Source: Callorhinchus milii
Lineage: Eukaryota
Assembly: GCF_018977255.1 (NCBI RefSeq)
Contig: NW_024704742.1
Coordinates: 133,550,001 to 133,614,000 of the forward strand
DNA length: 64,000 nt
Direction: 5' to 3'
Shown here piece by piece: positions 1 through 10,809 of the stretch. The stretch's first letter is position 1. Every line of letters begins with the position of its first letter. The notes under the pieces were generated by a model that had not been told where the DNA came from, made no database searches, and saw only the letters and a program-made list of their open reading frames with translations. A program made the translations under genes and the position numbers.

Positions 1-342
1 AGCCAGTCTTGCATGGTATCTGTTGGCTTGTGTTGTGCCGCGGGGGTAGGTTTTGAGATCAGACTTGACTGAATGAAATCGACAAGGGCGCGTCCTCCAA
101 GTCCACACACAAGGGGTGAGTGTGTGAGTGATGTGATTGAGCTGGATTTAAGCTGTAACTTGCACAGCTGCTGTCAGGCGCAGGAAACAGACATGTTTTG
201 TTTGCTGAAAACATGGGAGAAAGTTGCAAGTAAGCAGTGTTGGTGAAATAAAAGACGTTTCAAATTAAAAACCCCGGCTTGTGCTATACATAACAAAAGG
301 CGAGTGAAAGCAATATTGTATTGTTCCGAATTTACATTTTAA

Positions 343-783
343 TTTGCATTATATATAATTATATATGACAAATAATATATATAATTTAAATGTAAAACGT
401 AAATGTTTACATATAATAAATGCATTTAACAAGCAAATGCAAGTATTATTAAAATGCAAATGCAAACATTATATAATAAATACATTTATACAGTATATAC
501 CCTAAAACTATTATAGTTTAAAATTTTAATAATTATAACATTTATACACTTTGCATTATATATAATTACATACGACATATATAATTGTATATGACATATA
601 TATAATTTAAATGTAAAACGTAAATGTTTATATATAATATTAAATACATTTAACATGCAAATATTATTAAAATGCAAATGCAAACATTATATAATTAATA
701 CATTTAACATTTACATTTTAATTTGCATATATAGTATATACGCTGTCAAATTCTTATCGTTTAAAATTTTAATAATTATAACA
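343..783. repeat. Very AT-rich degenerate tandem duplication, period about 220 bp
   Basis: tataatttaaatgtaaaacgtaaatgttta at about 380 and 601; tattattaaaatgcaaatgcaaacattatataa and tttaaaattttaataattataaca each occur twice. Confidence 0.8.
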
Positions 784-1178
784 CTTTTAATCATTAACAT
801 TTAAATAATACTAATACTAAATTCAATGATATTTAGATATAATACAATATATAATTTTATATATTGTATACAAATTATAATGCAAATTCGATTAATGCAT
901 ATACTTCGGTGTGTATATATAAAACGCAAATGCAAATAAAATGCCTGTACCAATGATGCAGGACTCTGATATCCATAGCCTTTTTTTTAAAAAAAAGCCA
1001 CACTCATTTAAAAGTTTAATACTGTAGCTTGCAATTGCTATACCCATCTCCCTTCAAGAGGCCCCGAAATACATCAGTCTGTCTTCAGTGCAACATCAAA
1101 CTTGGTGAATTCTTAATTCCTGTCTGAATGTGGAACCTGATCTCTTATCCAGAACTGTGGCAAACTCCCTTCTTTCAA

Positions 1179-1417
1179 AACACAACATACTGCAGCTGCT
1201 GAAAATCTGAAACAAAAACAGAAGTCGCCGGGAATACTCAGTAGGTCAGGCAGCATCTATGGAGAAAGGAAAGTAACTCAATGTTTAGGGTCCACAACTC
1301 TTTTGTCGGAACGAAAAGTCAGAACGAAAGGTTGTGGACCCCAAACAATGACTCACTTTCCTTTCTCCATAGATGCTGCCTGACCCGCTGAGTGTTCCCA
1401 GCGATTTCTGTTTTTGT
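1179..1417 (-). mobile_element. Palindromic Penelope-like (pLTR-derived) insertion, copy 1
   Basis: About 95-bp inverted arms (1211-1305 vs 1327-1418); perfect 13-bp TSD TCCCTTCTTTCAA at 1166-1178 and 1418-1430; degenerate hammerhead-like cores. Confidence 0.75.
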
Positions 1418-1975
1418 TCCCTTCTTTCAACTGCAGACTGGATTTAAGATCTGTCACTTCCCTCTCTGGTGCATTTGATATAATGCCTTATCACATCTTC
1501 GAGACGTCTCAAAACTCTTCACAGAATATACTGTGAAGTGAATTGACTGTATTTTGGGGGCGAAACGTCGCAGCCAATTGCGCACAGCAGTGTTCCACAA
1601 TCAGTCTTGTGTTGAGTGACCAAATTTTTTTTGGGAAGAAATCTATCCCAACTTTACATTTTTGCAGGCCACATGGGCTTTATTGCTTTGAGATTAGATT
1701 GACATTAGAAACTAGATTGTGTACATGCATTAACATGTACACATCTGCCAAAAAAAATGCACATACATTTCTGTAAATAGGAATTACTGAGAGACTGCCA
1801 TGGGCAGTTAAGTTATTGAACCCTCCCTCTTTCAAGAAATAAGACGCTCAATTTTTTTCTCTCTCTCTCACTCCCCCTTTTTTTCAGCAATCGCTGACTT
1901 TTTGTTTCTTTTGGTTTTTCTTGGTGATCACAAGAACAACTTAGATTCCTTCCACTTTCCACTTCTTCCTGCTTT

Positions 1976-2306
1976 TCTCTCTCTCTCTCTCTCTCTCTCT
2001 CACTTACTCTCCTCTTCTCTCTCTCTCTCTCTCTCTGCCCAATGCACCCCTGTTCTTTTCTGATCAGCTCATAGAGGGGGGACCTCTCGCCTCTAAATCA
2101 CATTGATGCAACTGTTAATGGAGCCATGCTGTGTGTCTCTCTTCTAATGCTTTTGCTGGCTCTAAGCCAGGGGTCTGTTTGGTTGGGAGACTTTCATTTT
2201 GCAGATGAGAGGCAAGGTTTGTGATTTTAGGATCTATTTCCATTTTAAGAGACATATAACACACATACACACACACACACATATATATATATACACATAT
2301 ATATAT
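1976..2306. repeat. Microsatellites: (CT)n 1976-2035, (CA)n/(TA)n 2259-2306
   Basis: Directly visible dinucleotide runs. Confidence 0.9.
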
Positions 2307-2539
2307 GTAAACATATCCCTCCAATTCAATTGCAATTGATGTTTAACTCAACTTCCCCCCCCTCCCCACCAAGTCTCTAAAAAGTTGTAGAAACTTCTTA
2401 AAAGTTAATTTCTCAGTAAAAAAAAGGATGGGGGGAGGATGGGGATGCGGAAAAGGGGGAGGGTGTTAACACTGTGTGTTTGGCGTTTGACTTACTTGTG
2501 AAAATATAACAACTTTTTTTTTCTGTTTGGCCCCTGTAG

Positions 2540-2898
2540 AAAAGTTCATGGGGAGTTTGCACAACTATCAAGTCGTTCACCCGGTGGAAGTGGATCAAAC
2601 AGGGGCTTTGCTGTCGAACCGAGTAACCCAGTTCCTCCACCGCCTGCGAAGGAGAGATGTCAGCAGCCCATCGCAGCAGATTTACTACAAGATCAGCCAC
2701 CAAGGGAAAGATCTGCTGTTCAACTTAACCCTCAATCGCCTCCTTCTCTCCCCTGGTTACATCTCCGAGCAAAGGTGGGGGAACCTGACCAGCGGCAGCG
2801 TGCAGCCTGTGGGACACAACGCCTGTCATTTCGTTGGGAGTGTGGTCCACACAGCCCTGGGAGGTGGCAGGGTCGCTCTCAGTGCCTGCAATGGACTG
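2540..2898 (+). CDS. ADAMTS12: ADAMTS prodomain exon (probable coding exon 2 of ADAMTS12)
   Basis: Pyrimidine tract plus TAG acceptor (2537-2539) and GTAAGA donor at 2899. Encodes (E)KFMGSLHNYQVVHPVEVD...RLRRRDV...IYYKISHQGKDLLFNLTLN...EQRWGNL...CHFVGSV...ALSACNGL, a reprolysin propeptide with a furin-like site. From recalled sequences, YYKISH..KDL.FNLT.N and RWGNL resemble ADAMTS12 more than ADAMTS7. Phase 1 start, phase 0 end. Confidence 0.9.
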
Positions 2899-3012
2899 GT
2901 AAGAGGAGATTTCACTGCCCCCCCCGCCCGCCCCCCCCATCCTCCCCCTCAAGAGCAAAAGGTTAGCAAGGATTTGCCTTGTGCTGGTATTTCAGCCAGA
3001 AAGTTGTGGGAT

Positions 3013-3440
3013 TAATAATAACAACAACTTGAGTTTGCGTAGCGCCCTTCACGGGCAGGGCAGCTTCTCCAAGCGCTGGACAGTGGTGGGGCATGGCACC
3101 GAGGGGAGGGTGGGGGAGGGAGGGGGGTGAGGTGACAGTAGGCATGGTCGAAGAGGAAGGTCGAAGAGAAAGGCGCAACCTGATGATGGGGAAGGAAGGG
3201 GCCATAGAGGAAGAGTCTTCCAGAGTTTTGGGGCAGAGTGGTTGAAAGCGTGGAGTTTTGGGGCAGAGTGGTTGAAAGCGTGGAGTTTTGGGGCAGAGTG
3301 GTTGAAAGCGCGGCCAACCGATGGTGGAACAGAGGACACAAGGGACAAACAGGAGGCCAGAGCCAGTTGAACGGAGGCAGCGTGTAGTGGATTGTGGAGT
3401 AAGCAGGTCGGAGGGTTGTAGGGAGGTGCCAGGGCTAGAA
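3013..3440 (-). mobile_element. L2-clade LINE 3' fragment with an internal 30-bp x3 tandem repeat (3223-3312)
   Basis: Minus-strand peptide SVGRAFNHSAPKL...W resembles the L2 ORF2 C-terminus; (TTG/TTA)n tail at 3013-3028; unit gagttttggggcagagtggttgaaagcgtg repeated three times. Confidence 0.75.
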
Positions 3441-3950
3441 GGGGTTTGCAAATGAGTGTGAAATGAGTCCTCTTATGAGAATTATTATTATCTTCAAGAC
3501 GCTTCAAAGCGCTTTACAGAATATGTTGTAAAGTAGATTGACTGTGTATTTTCTGGGCAAAAAGTGGCAGCCAATTCTGCACAGCGGTGTCCCACAAACA
3601 GTCGTGGATTGAGTGAGCGCGCTATACACTATGCTACTATGTTAAGGGACTTCTATTTATTCACATAACAGCAGTCTGCAGTGTTCACTTACAAATACAC
3701 AGACACTACACTTTACAGTAAAATCCTGTGAAGCACTTTGAGATGTTTTGATGATGTGACGAGGCATTATATCAAACATAAGAATTATTTTAGAGAATTG
3801 CATTCTTTTGCTCTGTAAATCAATCGTGAACAGAGCTATCACCTTTTGCTCTTTGAGAGGGAGACTCACTTAGTTTGGATTGAAATGCATGAACTGGACG
3901 AGTTAAAGAAAGTTTAGAATAAACTATTTCACACAGAGAGAGTACTGTAT

Positions 3951-4158
3951 TTTCTCTTTGACCGAGCCTTCAGCTCCCCTCTCGACTCTCTTCCCCCTTC
4001 TCGCTCCCTCCCATCCCTCCCCTCACCCTGACCATTTCCCCCCTCCTCGCTCCCTCCCCTCCCCTCACCCTGACCATTTCCCCCTGCTCGGGTCATGACC
4101 CAACTGTGCAGCGCCTTGGGACGTCCTCCTGACGTGAAAGGCGCTTTATAAATGGAAT
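3951..4158 (+). mobile_element. Young L2 3' end inserted into an old CR1 fragment (about 3870-4385)
   Basis: Near-identical to 10130-10364, including the stem-loop and (TTG)n tail; short tgtatt duplication at the flanks. Confidence 0.85.
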
Positions 4159-4489
4159 CTTGTTGTTGTTGTTGTTGTATTAGAATTTAGAGCACTTTGC
4201 CACAAAGTAGCTGTTGAGGCTTAAACCATCACAGCATTTGGAAAAGGAATTGGATAAACGTTTGAAAATGAACAGCATAAAAGGGAATGGGCAAAGAGCA
4301 GGGAATTGGGATTAAGTCTTGTTAGCACCAGCACAGATAGATTTGTCACCCAAATGGCTTCCTCCTGTGCTGTATTTTTCATGATTTTTGTGTCGTTCTT
4401 AAAGATAAAGACAGCTTTTGCAATTATGTCTCACTGCTTGTGATCATAAATCTCTCTCCTAGCGTTCCTTCTAGTCACATTCTCCATGC

Positions 4490-4845
4490 CAGTCCTTTCG
4501 TGTATTGGTTAGAGCACTTGCCTTGCAGTGAGAGGACCTGGGTTTGATTCCCAGGCAGGGCAAAACCTTAGGCAAGTTTCCCTACTCTACATGCCTCTGT
4601 TTATCTATCAATAAGTAGTTATTGTTAATCGATTGGCGAATCGCTTTTCAGGTGTAATAATCCATTCAAAAAAATAATAATTTGGTCACTCAAACCATGA
4701 CTGTTTGTGGTACATGGTTGCGTGCAATTGGCTGCCACGTTTCACTACCAAATATAGTCAATTCAATTTACACCATAGTCTGTGAAGCGCTTTGAGATGT
4801 CTCAATTATGTGATAAGGTGCTATATCAAATGCAAGGATTATTCT
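4490..4845 (+). mobile_element. tRNA/Deu/L2-tail SINE, long subfamily
   Basis: tggttagagcacttgccttgca...ggtttgattcc head, gtgcaattggctgcc core, tatcaaatgcaaggattatt tail. Confidence 0.8.
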
Positions 4846-5412
4846 TCTAATTAGTATTGTACTTGCTGTACCCACTGCAGCTATGCTTGCAACCAAAAGA
4901 TTCAATATGGAATATAGATTTCAGTGGTACCACTCACAAACCATTTAACATGCCATAAACACATTGTACACATTAAGCAAAACTGCCATACACTTGTGAT
5001 AAGCTTGTTTAGGTCATAGCTCATCAACGATAGGAAGCCCCTGTCAAACAAATATGCCCTTGACACTCCCCCATGCAAAACCTTTCCGATTAGCTATAAA
5101 TCATGTCTCTACGTCGATCGGTTATTGGGTTATTGGAAGGCAGACACAGACATTTTTCTTTGGTATGGATGCATCTCTCTAGAAGGGTATGTGATTTCCT
5201 TTGTTACTACTTTGTTGCCGAATACCATTCATTTTTGGGGGTTTAATTAAAGCATTTTTTAATGTAGCTCATCAACGATAGGAGATACCCGAAAAAATAA
5301 ATGTCTTTGACACTCCCCCATGCAAGACCTTTCCGATGAAGAATAAATCATGTCGCTATGTCAATCGATTATTGTGTTCTTGGCTGTTGCTTTGATAGAC
5401 AGATAGACATTT

Positions 5413-5640
5413 CGAAACACAAAATACTGCAGATGCTGGAAATCTGAAAACAGAAACAGAAGTGGCTGGGAACACTCAGCATGTCAGGCAACATCTATGG
5501 AGAAAGAAAAGTGAGTCAACGTTTCAGGTCCATAACCTTTCGTCAGAACAGGTCATGGACCCGAAAGGTTGACTCACTTTCCTTTCTCCATAGATACTGC
5601 CTTGACCTGTTGAGTGTTTCCAGCCACTTCTGTTTGTTTT
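5413..5640 (-). mobile_element. Palindromic Penelope-like insertion, copy 2, nested in the Helitron
   Basis: Inverted arms about 5455-5538 vs 5550-5634; 13-bp TSD CAGA(T/C)AGACATTT at 5400-5412 and 5641-5653. Confidence 0.75.
5515..5549 (-). ncRNA. Minimal type I hammerhead ribozyme motif
   Basis: Minus strand GUU-CUGACGA-A-AGGU-UAUGG-ACCU-GAAAC-GUU-GAC: CUGANGA and GAAA core boxes, 4-bp stem II, palindromic ACGU in place of stem III, GUU cleavage triplet, 3-bp stem I. Confidence 0.6.
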
Positions 5641-6123
5641 CAGACAGACATTTTGCCTTTATTAGTATATAGATTATTTCTCAACATAGACAGACTTGTA
5701 ACTCTACAAATGCTTCTGTATCTCATGCCTGTAGGCTTGTGGTGTCCATAAAGATCTGCTTTAAATTATTAAGGGGAGCGAGTAGAGGCTGGGGCTGACT
5801 AACCTTCCTATTTTGCCCTTTTAGTGAAAGCAGCCTAGAATTACGGTCTTTTTACTAAATATGATAAATAATCCTTACATTTATTATTGTGCCTTTCATG
5901 GCAAAAGGGCATCTCTGAGACACTATCACCACATGAAGGGCGCAATATAAATTTTCATTGTTTTTCAACCTTGTCTATGGTCACCTCCCTTTCCCCACTT
6001 CCCTCTATCTCTTGTTCGGCATCCGATCTGGTCATCGTCAAGCTCTATGAGACGTTATCCTATGTGAAGTGCGCTCACTCTGTCAATGTAGGTTGTTGCA
6101 AATGCACATTGATATTGCAGAGC

Positions 6124-7218
6124 TGCACAGGAACACTTTGGTTGCAAATGGGTTAAGGATCTCAGGCATAGTGTGTGACCTTCACACAAAATTGTTTCCA
6201 TGTTGCATATTTGAAATCGGGTTGGGTTATACAACAGCATTATCATAAAAACCTGAAACAGACCTATGTATCACTTCCACTTGGTCTGGCCATTCTCAAG
6301 CCAGACCTGCAGCAAAGGTGGTGATTCCCAACAGGATCTTTTTGGGGGGTATCAGCCTGGGTCAGTTGCTGGCACTCTCGCTTCTGATTCCGGAGGTTGT
6401 GGGTTGAAGTACCACATCGCAGACTTTTAAACTCATATTGGGTAGTGGTGGGGGGAGCCGGAAGTGAAACATTGAACCGAGGTCTCGTCTCTCTGTCTAG
6501 GTCGATGTTGAAGATTGTAAAGAGAAGCCGGTAACTCGACCACCAATCCTCCAGATAAACAAAATTGGTCATTCACTTCACGGCTGATTGTCCTGTGAGC
6601 AGATTGGCTGGCTCTTTCCCCTCCAGTCACTATAATTTATTGGAAAACTGCCTGAAGTGCTTTGAGATGTTTTGACAGGATAAGGCAAATGTAAGGACTA
6701 TTATTTTTATTATGAATAAGGAATTCGTGGCAAGCGGTAGATCAAGGTAAAGCAGAGATCCCACTAGAATTATTAGATCCCATTGAGCATGAATCTCAGG
6801 TCCTGGCTTCAATAACCACCACAGAATCATAGAGATCATAGCACAGGAAGGTAGCTCAGCCCCATTGAGAGTGAACTAGTGCTAGTTCTTCCACTAGAGC
6901 CATATACTCTAAACCCAGTTTGGGTCTCTTTTGCCACCTACTCCCTTACTTTTGCTTCACTTTGGATCCCTATTCAAATCCCTTTTAAATGTTGTCATGA
7001 AACAATTCCCATTCCCAACACAACCAGCGTGAGGTGCACAGAAACACTTTGGTTGCAAATGGGTTTAGGATCTCAGGCATAGTGTGTGACCTTCACACAA
7101 AATTGTTTCCATGTTGCATATTTGGAATCGGGTTGGGTTATACACAGTATTATTATAAAAACCTGAAACAGGCCTATGTATCACTTCCACTTGGTCTGGC
7201 CATTCTCAGGCCAGACCT
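6124..7218. repeat. Direct repeat of about 185 bp (6124-6308 and 7035-7218) ending in a GC hairpin
   Basis: Both copies read tgcacag.aacactttggttgcaaatggg...cacttccacttggtctggccattctca.gccagacct with few differences. Confidence 0.9.
6350..6712 (+). mobile_element. Older DeuSINE (SacSINE1-like)
   Basis: tcagcctgggtcagttg...gcactctcg head, aaccgaggtctcgtctctctg body, agattggctg core, L2-type tail. Confidence 0.6.
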
Positions 7219-7380
7219 ACATAATAATAATACTAATAATCGTTTTATTTCATAAAGCGTTTTTCACATTGGGAGGATGTCTCAAAGTGCTTTACAGGAT
7301 TTGCTGGAAAATGTGGTCATAGCGTATTTTGTCGGCAATCGTGGCAAGCAATTTGTACACAGCAACATCACATCAGCCAC

Positions 7381-7696
7381 GGAGTCCTGTGGCTCAGTGG
7401 TTAGAGCACTCGCCTTGCAAGCGAGACACCTGGGTTCAATTCCAGGCAGGACGAAACCTTGGGCAAGTTTCCTTACTCCACACGCCTATTAATAGTCTCT
7501 CCAAAAAACAAAACAGTAATAAATTGATCATTTTCAATCCATGACTGAATGTGGGACACTGCTGTCCGCAATTAGCTGCCGCGTTTCACCCACAAATATA
7601 CAGTCAATTCACTTTACAGCATATTCTGTGAAGCGCTTTGAGATGTCTAGAAGACGTGAAAAGCACTATATCAAATGCAAGGATTATTATTATTAT
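7381..7696 (+). mobile_element. tRNA-Ala/Deu/L2-tail SINE, short subfamily, full length
   Basis: GGAGTCCTGTGGCTCAGTGGTTAGAGC (A box), CTCGC-CTTGCAA-GCGAG anticodon arm, GGTTCAATTCC (B box), Deu-like core, (ATT)n tail. Confidence 0.9.
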
Positions 7697-8183
7697 TTAT
7701 TATGAAGGGGATGACTGGTTTTATCTGTGGGATTGTTGGCCAGGACACAAAGAGAAACTCCCTTTCTTTTTGAATAGTGTCATGGGATCCTTAACGTTCA
7801 CCTGAACAGGCATACGGGTACTGGTTCCCTCTGCTGTTGGGTGCAGCTCAGTAATTTGTGAGTGAGAAGTGAAGAAAGTATATGATGATTATGATGGGGA
7901 GTAACTGAATCTAATCCAATAAATGAAATTCATAGTTTTTTTTGAGAAAAAAAAGTGGAATAATAATGTTTGCATTTGATAGAGTGTCTTCTCATGTCGT
8001 TGACAGTTCTCAAAAGCCCTTATAGACTTAAATTCAGAAAGAAAATACTGGAACAAATTAACTGGGTCTTCCTTGTTAGTTAAAATAACTTTTTGGTTGT
8101 AGTTACAAATAATGAAGATTTTATACAGGAATAATTTTTGTAAGTCTACCTATCGCCTGTTGGATGTCCTCCCGACGTGAAAA

Positions 8184-8359
8184 TTGGTCATTTTCAATCT
8201 ACGACTGTTTGTGGGACATTGCTGTGCGCAATTGGCTGCCGCGTTCGCCCACAAATATACAGTCAATTCACTTTGCAGTGTGTTCTGTGAAGCGCTTTGG
8301 GACGTCCTCCCGACGTGAAAAGCGCTATATCAAATGCAAGGATTATTATTATTATTATT
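8184..8359 (+). mobile_element. 5'-truncated young SINE
   Basis: Matches 49737-49900; preceded by a partial copy of its own tail motif at 8162-8183. Confidence 0.85.
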
Positions 8360-9058
8360 AAGGCCCTTTACAAATGTAATTTGGCTGTTAGTGTTTCTGT
8401 TTGCTTTCCTCCCAGCTCATGAGTGCAGTCTTAGTCCTTTCTTCAAGTAATCGCAGACTTCCGACCAAAACGGAGGCTAATTTGGAGCTATGAACACACG
8501 AGGATTAAATGGGAAGTAGAACTGAAAACTGAAACAGCAGCGAGAGAGAGAGAGAGGGAGGGAAACAAAATAAAACTCTTCTAAGTTAATTTTAAGGCCA
8601 TTTTAAGGGAGGCGGAAAGAAAATGCATTCCGACGAGGAGCAAAAGGAATTTAGCGAAACCAGAAGCACAAAAATCATTGTGTAAAGTCGCTGAATAGGA
8701 GGTGAAAGCTTACCTAAAAGCAAACTAATATTTACCCTCCAAAGAAGGAACATTAAAGTATTGATGATTGAGAGTATTTTGAAAGGCCTCTGAAATTAAC
8801 TTAAAGGGAAACAGGAGAGCTTTAGAAAAGTAGCTACAACCATCATCTTATACACTGAAATTCCCGTGTTTGGAATGAATGTGCTCCCTCACTCTCTCTC
8901 TCTCTCTCTCTCTCTCCCAGTGAAAGGACACACCCTTCTTACCTAATTACGGAGATTACTAGATGCAGGTTAATAAGAGCCAAGGTTTGGGGTCCCCAGA
9001 GTGTGCGCTCGGGTAATTGCTGGAGTTTAATCAGCTAACACCAGCGTGGCTGGTGATT

Positions 9059-10364
9059 GAGAGCACTGTCTTACCACGCTATCCTACTCCACCGCTTGTC
9101 CTCCCACCTCAACCTTCAAGGCACTGTCCTTGAATGGTTTAGCTCTTACCTTTCCCACCGTCTTCACTTCGTCTCAACGAATGGCTTCTCCTCCACCCCC
9201 CGTACTGTCTCATGTGGTGTCCCTCAGGGCTCTGTCCTCGGTCCCCTCCTCTTCACCCTCTATATGCTCCCCCTCGGTGACATCATCCGCAAACATGGGG
9301 TTAACTTCCACATGTATGCGGATGACACCCAACTCTACCTTTCCTCCTCTACTCTCAACTCCACGACCACCGATGTCCTGACAGCTGCCTGTCCGACATC
9401 GAGTCCTGGACGAGAGACAACTTTCTTCAGCTCAACGTGCGAAAAACCGAGGCCCTCCTGATTGGCTCACGTCAGCGCCTCCGCACCTCAGGCGCTGACA
9501 CCATCAGCATCCAAGGCTGCACTCTCCACCTCTCAAAGCCAGTCAGGAACCTCGGCGTTTTGTTTGACCCTGAGCTGTCCTTTCTCCCTCACATCCGCAC
9601 CACAACTGGCACCGCCTTCCATCACCTCCGGAATATCGCCAGATTACGGCACTACCTCACCCCTCACGCTGCTGAAACCCTGGTTCACGCCTTTGTCACC
9701 TCAAGGCTGGACTATGGGAACTCTCTCCTCGCCGGCCTTCCCGCCACCTCCCTCCACAAGCTGCAGGTCATTCAGAACTCTGCAGCTCGTGTACTGTCCC
9801 GCACCAGACACGGCGACCACATCACTCCCACCCTCGCTCGCCTCCACTGGCTCCCCATCCCCCAGAGGATTGATTTCAAGATCCTCATCCTCACCTACAA
9901 GGCCATTCACGGCCTTGCTCCCTCCTACCTCTCCAACCTACTATCCCCCTACCTACCTGCCCGTACCCTCCGTTCCTCTGGCTCCGGTCTGCTCCATGTC
10001 CCCCGCCCCAACCGCCCTACTATCGGTGGTCGGGCCTTCAGCCTCTCAGCCCCGAGGCTCTGGAACTCCATCCCCCAGTGCCTTCGCCTTGCTTCCTCCC
10101 TTTCCTCCTTCAAGGCCGGTCTCAAAACCTTTCTCTTTGACCGAGCCTTCAGCTCCCCTCTCGACTCTCTTCCTCCTCCTCGCTCCCTCCCTTCCCTCCC
10201 CTCACCCTGACCATTTCCCCCCTCCTCTCTCCCTCCCTTCCCTCCCCTCACCCTGACCATTTCCCCCCTGCTCGGGTCATGACCCAACTGTGCAGCGCCT
10301 TGGGACGTCCTCCTGACGTGAAAGGCGCTCTATAAATGGAATCTTGTTGTTGTTGTTGTTGTTG
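9059..10364 (+). mobile_element. 5'-truncated young L2-clade LINE (RT C-terminal part and 3' UTR)
   Basis: [13 protein letters not shown] and [12 protein letters not shown] motifs; 1-nt frameshift near 9384 relative to the 38-39 kb copy; LHWLP and APRLWNS C-terminal motifs; 3' stem-loop and (TTG)n tail. Confidence 0.95.
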
Positions 10365-10809
10365 TCTGGTAAACTTCCTGCTGTTTGGGCTACTCTATCT
10401 GTTAGAGCTTTGGTTTGTAAGGTGAACAGGAGCTGAGAGGGAAGAACCCTGCCTTCAGTTGGGCATATTTGCCTCTCCAACTACTGCTGATGAGCCAGGT
10501 TGGCTGGTTTGTCGAATATTTATAGAATTGGGACTTGATTTCAGCTGAATGTATTGGCATGTTCATCACATAATAGGAAAGATATCATATCTTTGATAGT
10601 GATATAAACACACAAAACGTCAACACTGCAATATAATCTTTGGCTGAAGTAGATGGATGTGCATTGGTGTGGATAATGATTTTCTGTCAGTGCTCCTTCC
10701 ATATTAAACATATCTTCCAACACCGCCATATGGAGCTGCTCTCATTCAGCTGCTCTGTTTCCCCATCTCTCCCCACACCCCCACCATCTTCCCCCGTGCC
10801 CCAACACAG

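Larger units (their letters stand above)
4862..5673 (-). mobile_element. Non-autonomous Helitron-like element
   Basis: Minus strand begins TCTATATACTAATAAAGG after a host A (5674) and ends ...TGCAAGC-ATA-GCTGCA hairpin + GTGGGTACAGCAAG before a host T (4861). CAAG is one mismatch from CTAG. Internal repeat of about 120 bp at 5017 and 5265. Confidence 0.6.

Noticed and set aside
1280..1350. Hammerhead in palindrome copy 1
   Set aside because: Core boxes are mutated on both arms (CCGACAA...CTAAAC and GAACGA...CCAAAC); unlikely to be active.
2899..3015. Extension of the ADAMTS ORF beyond 2898, and the 36505-36678 and 36854-36927 extensions
   Set aside because: Homology stops at canonical splice sites; the extensions are intronic read-through.
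2918..3130. G-quadruplex-like C and G runs just after exon 2
   Set aside because: Low-complexity tract plus an antisense L2 3' UTR; common, with no specific evidence of function.
3223..3312. 30-bp x3 repeat as a CRISPR-like array
   Set aside because: Units are contiguous with no spacers, lie inside an L2 fragment, and the DNA is vertebrate.
9462..10287. Long Ser/Pro-rich or Gly/Arg-rich ORFs (9462-10256, 9949-10287, 38190-38900, 38930-39412)
   Set aside because: Alternative or antisense frames of C-rich L2 sequence, not host genes.
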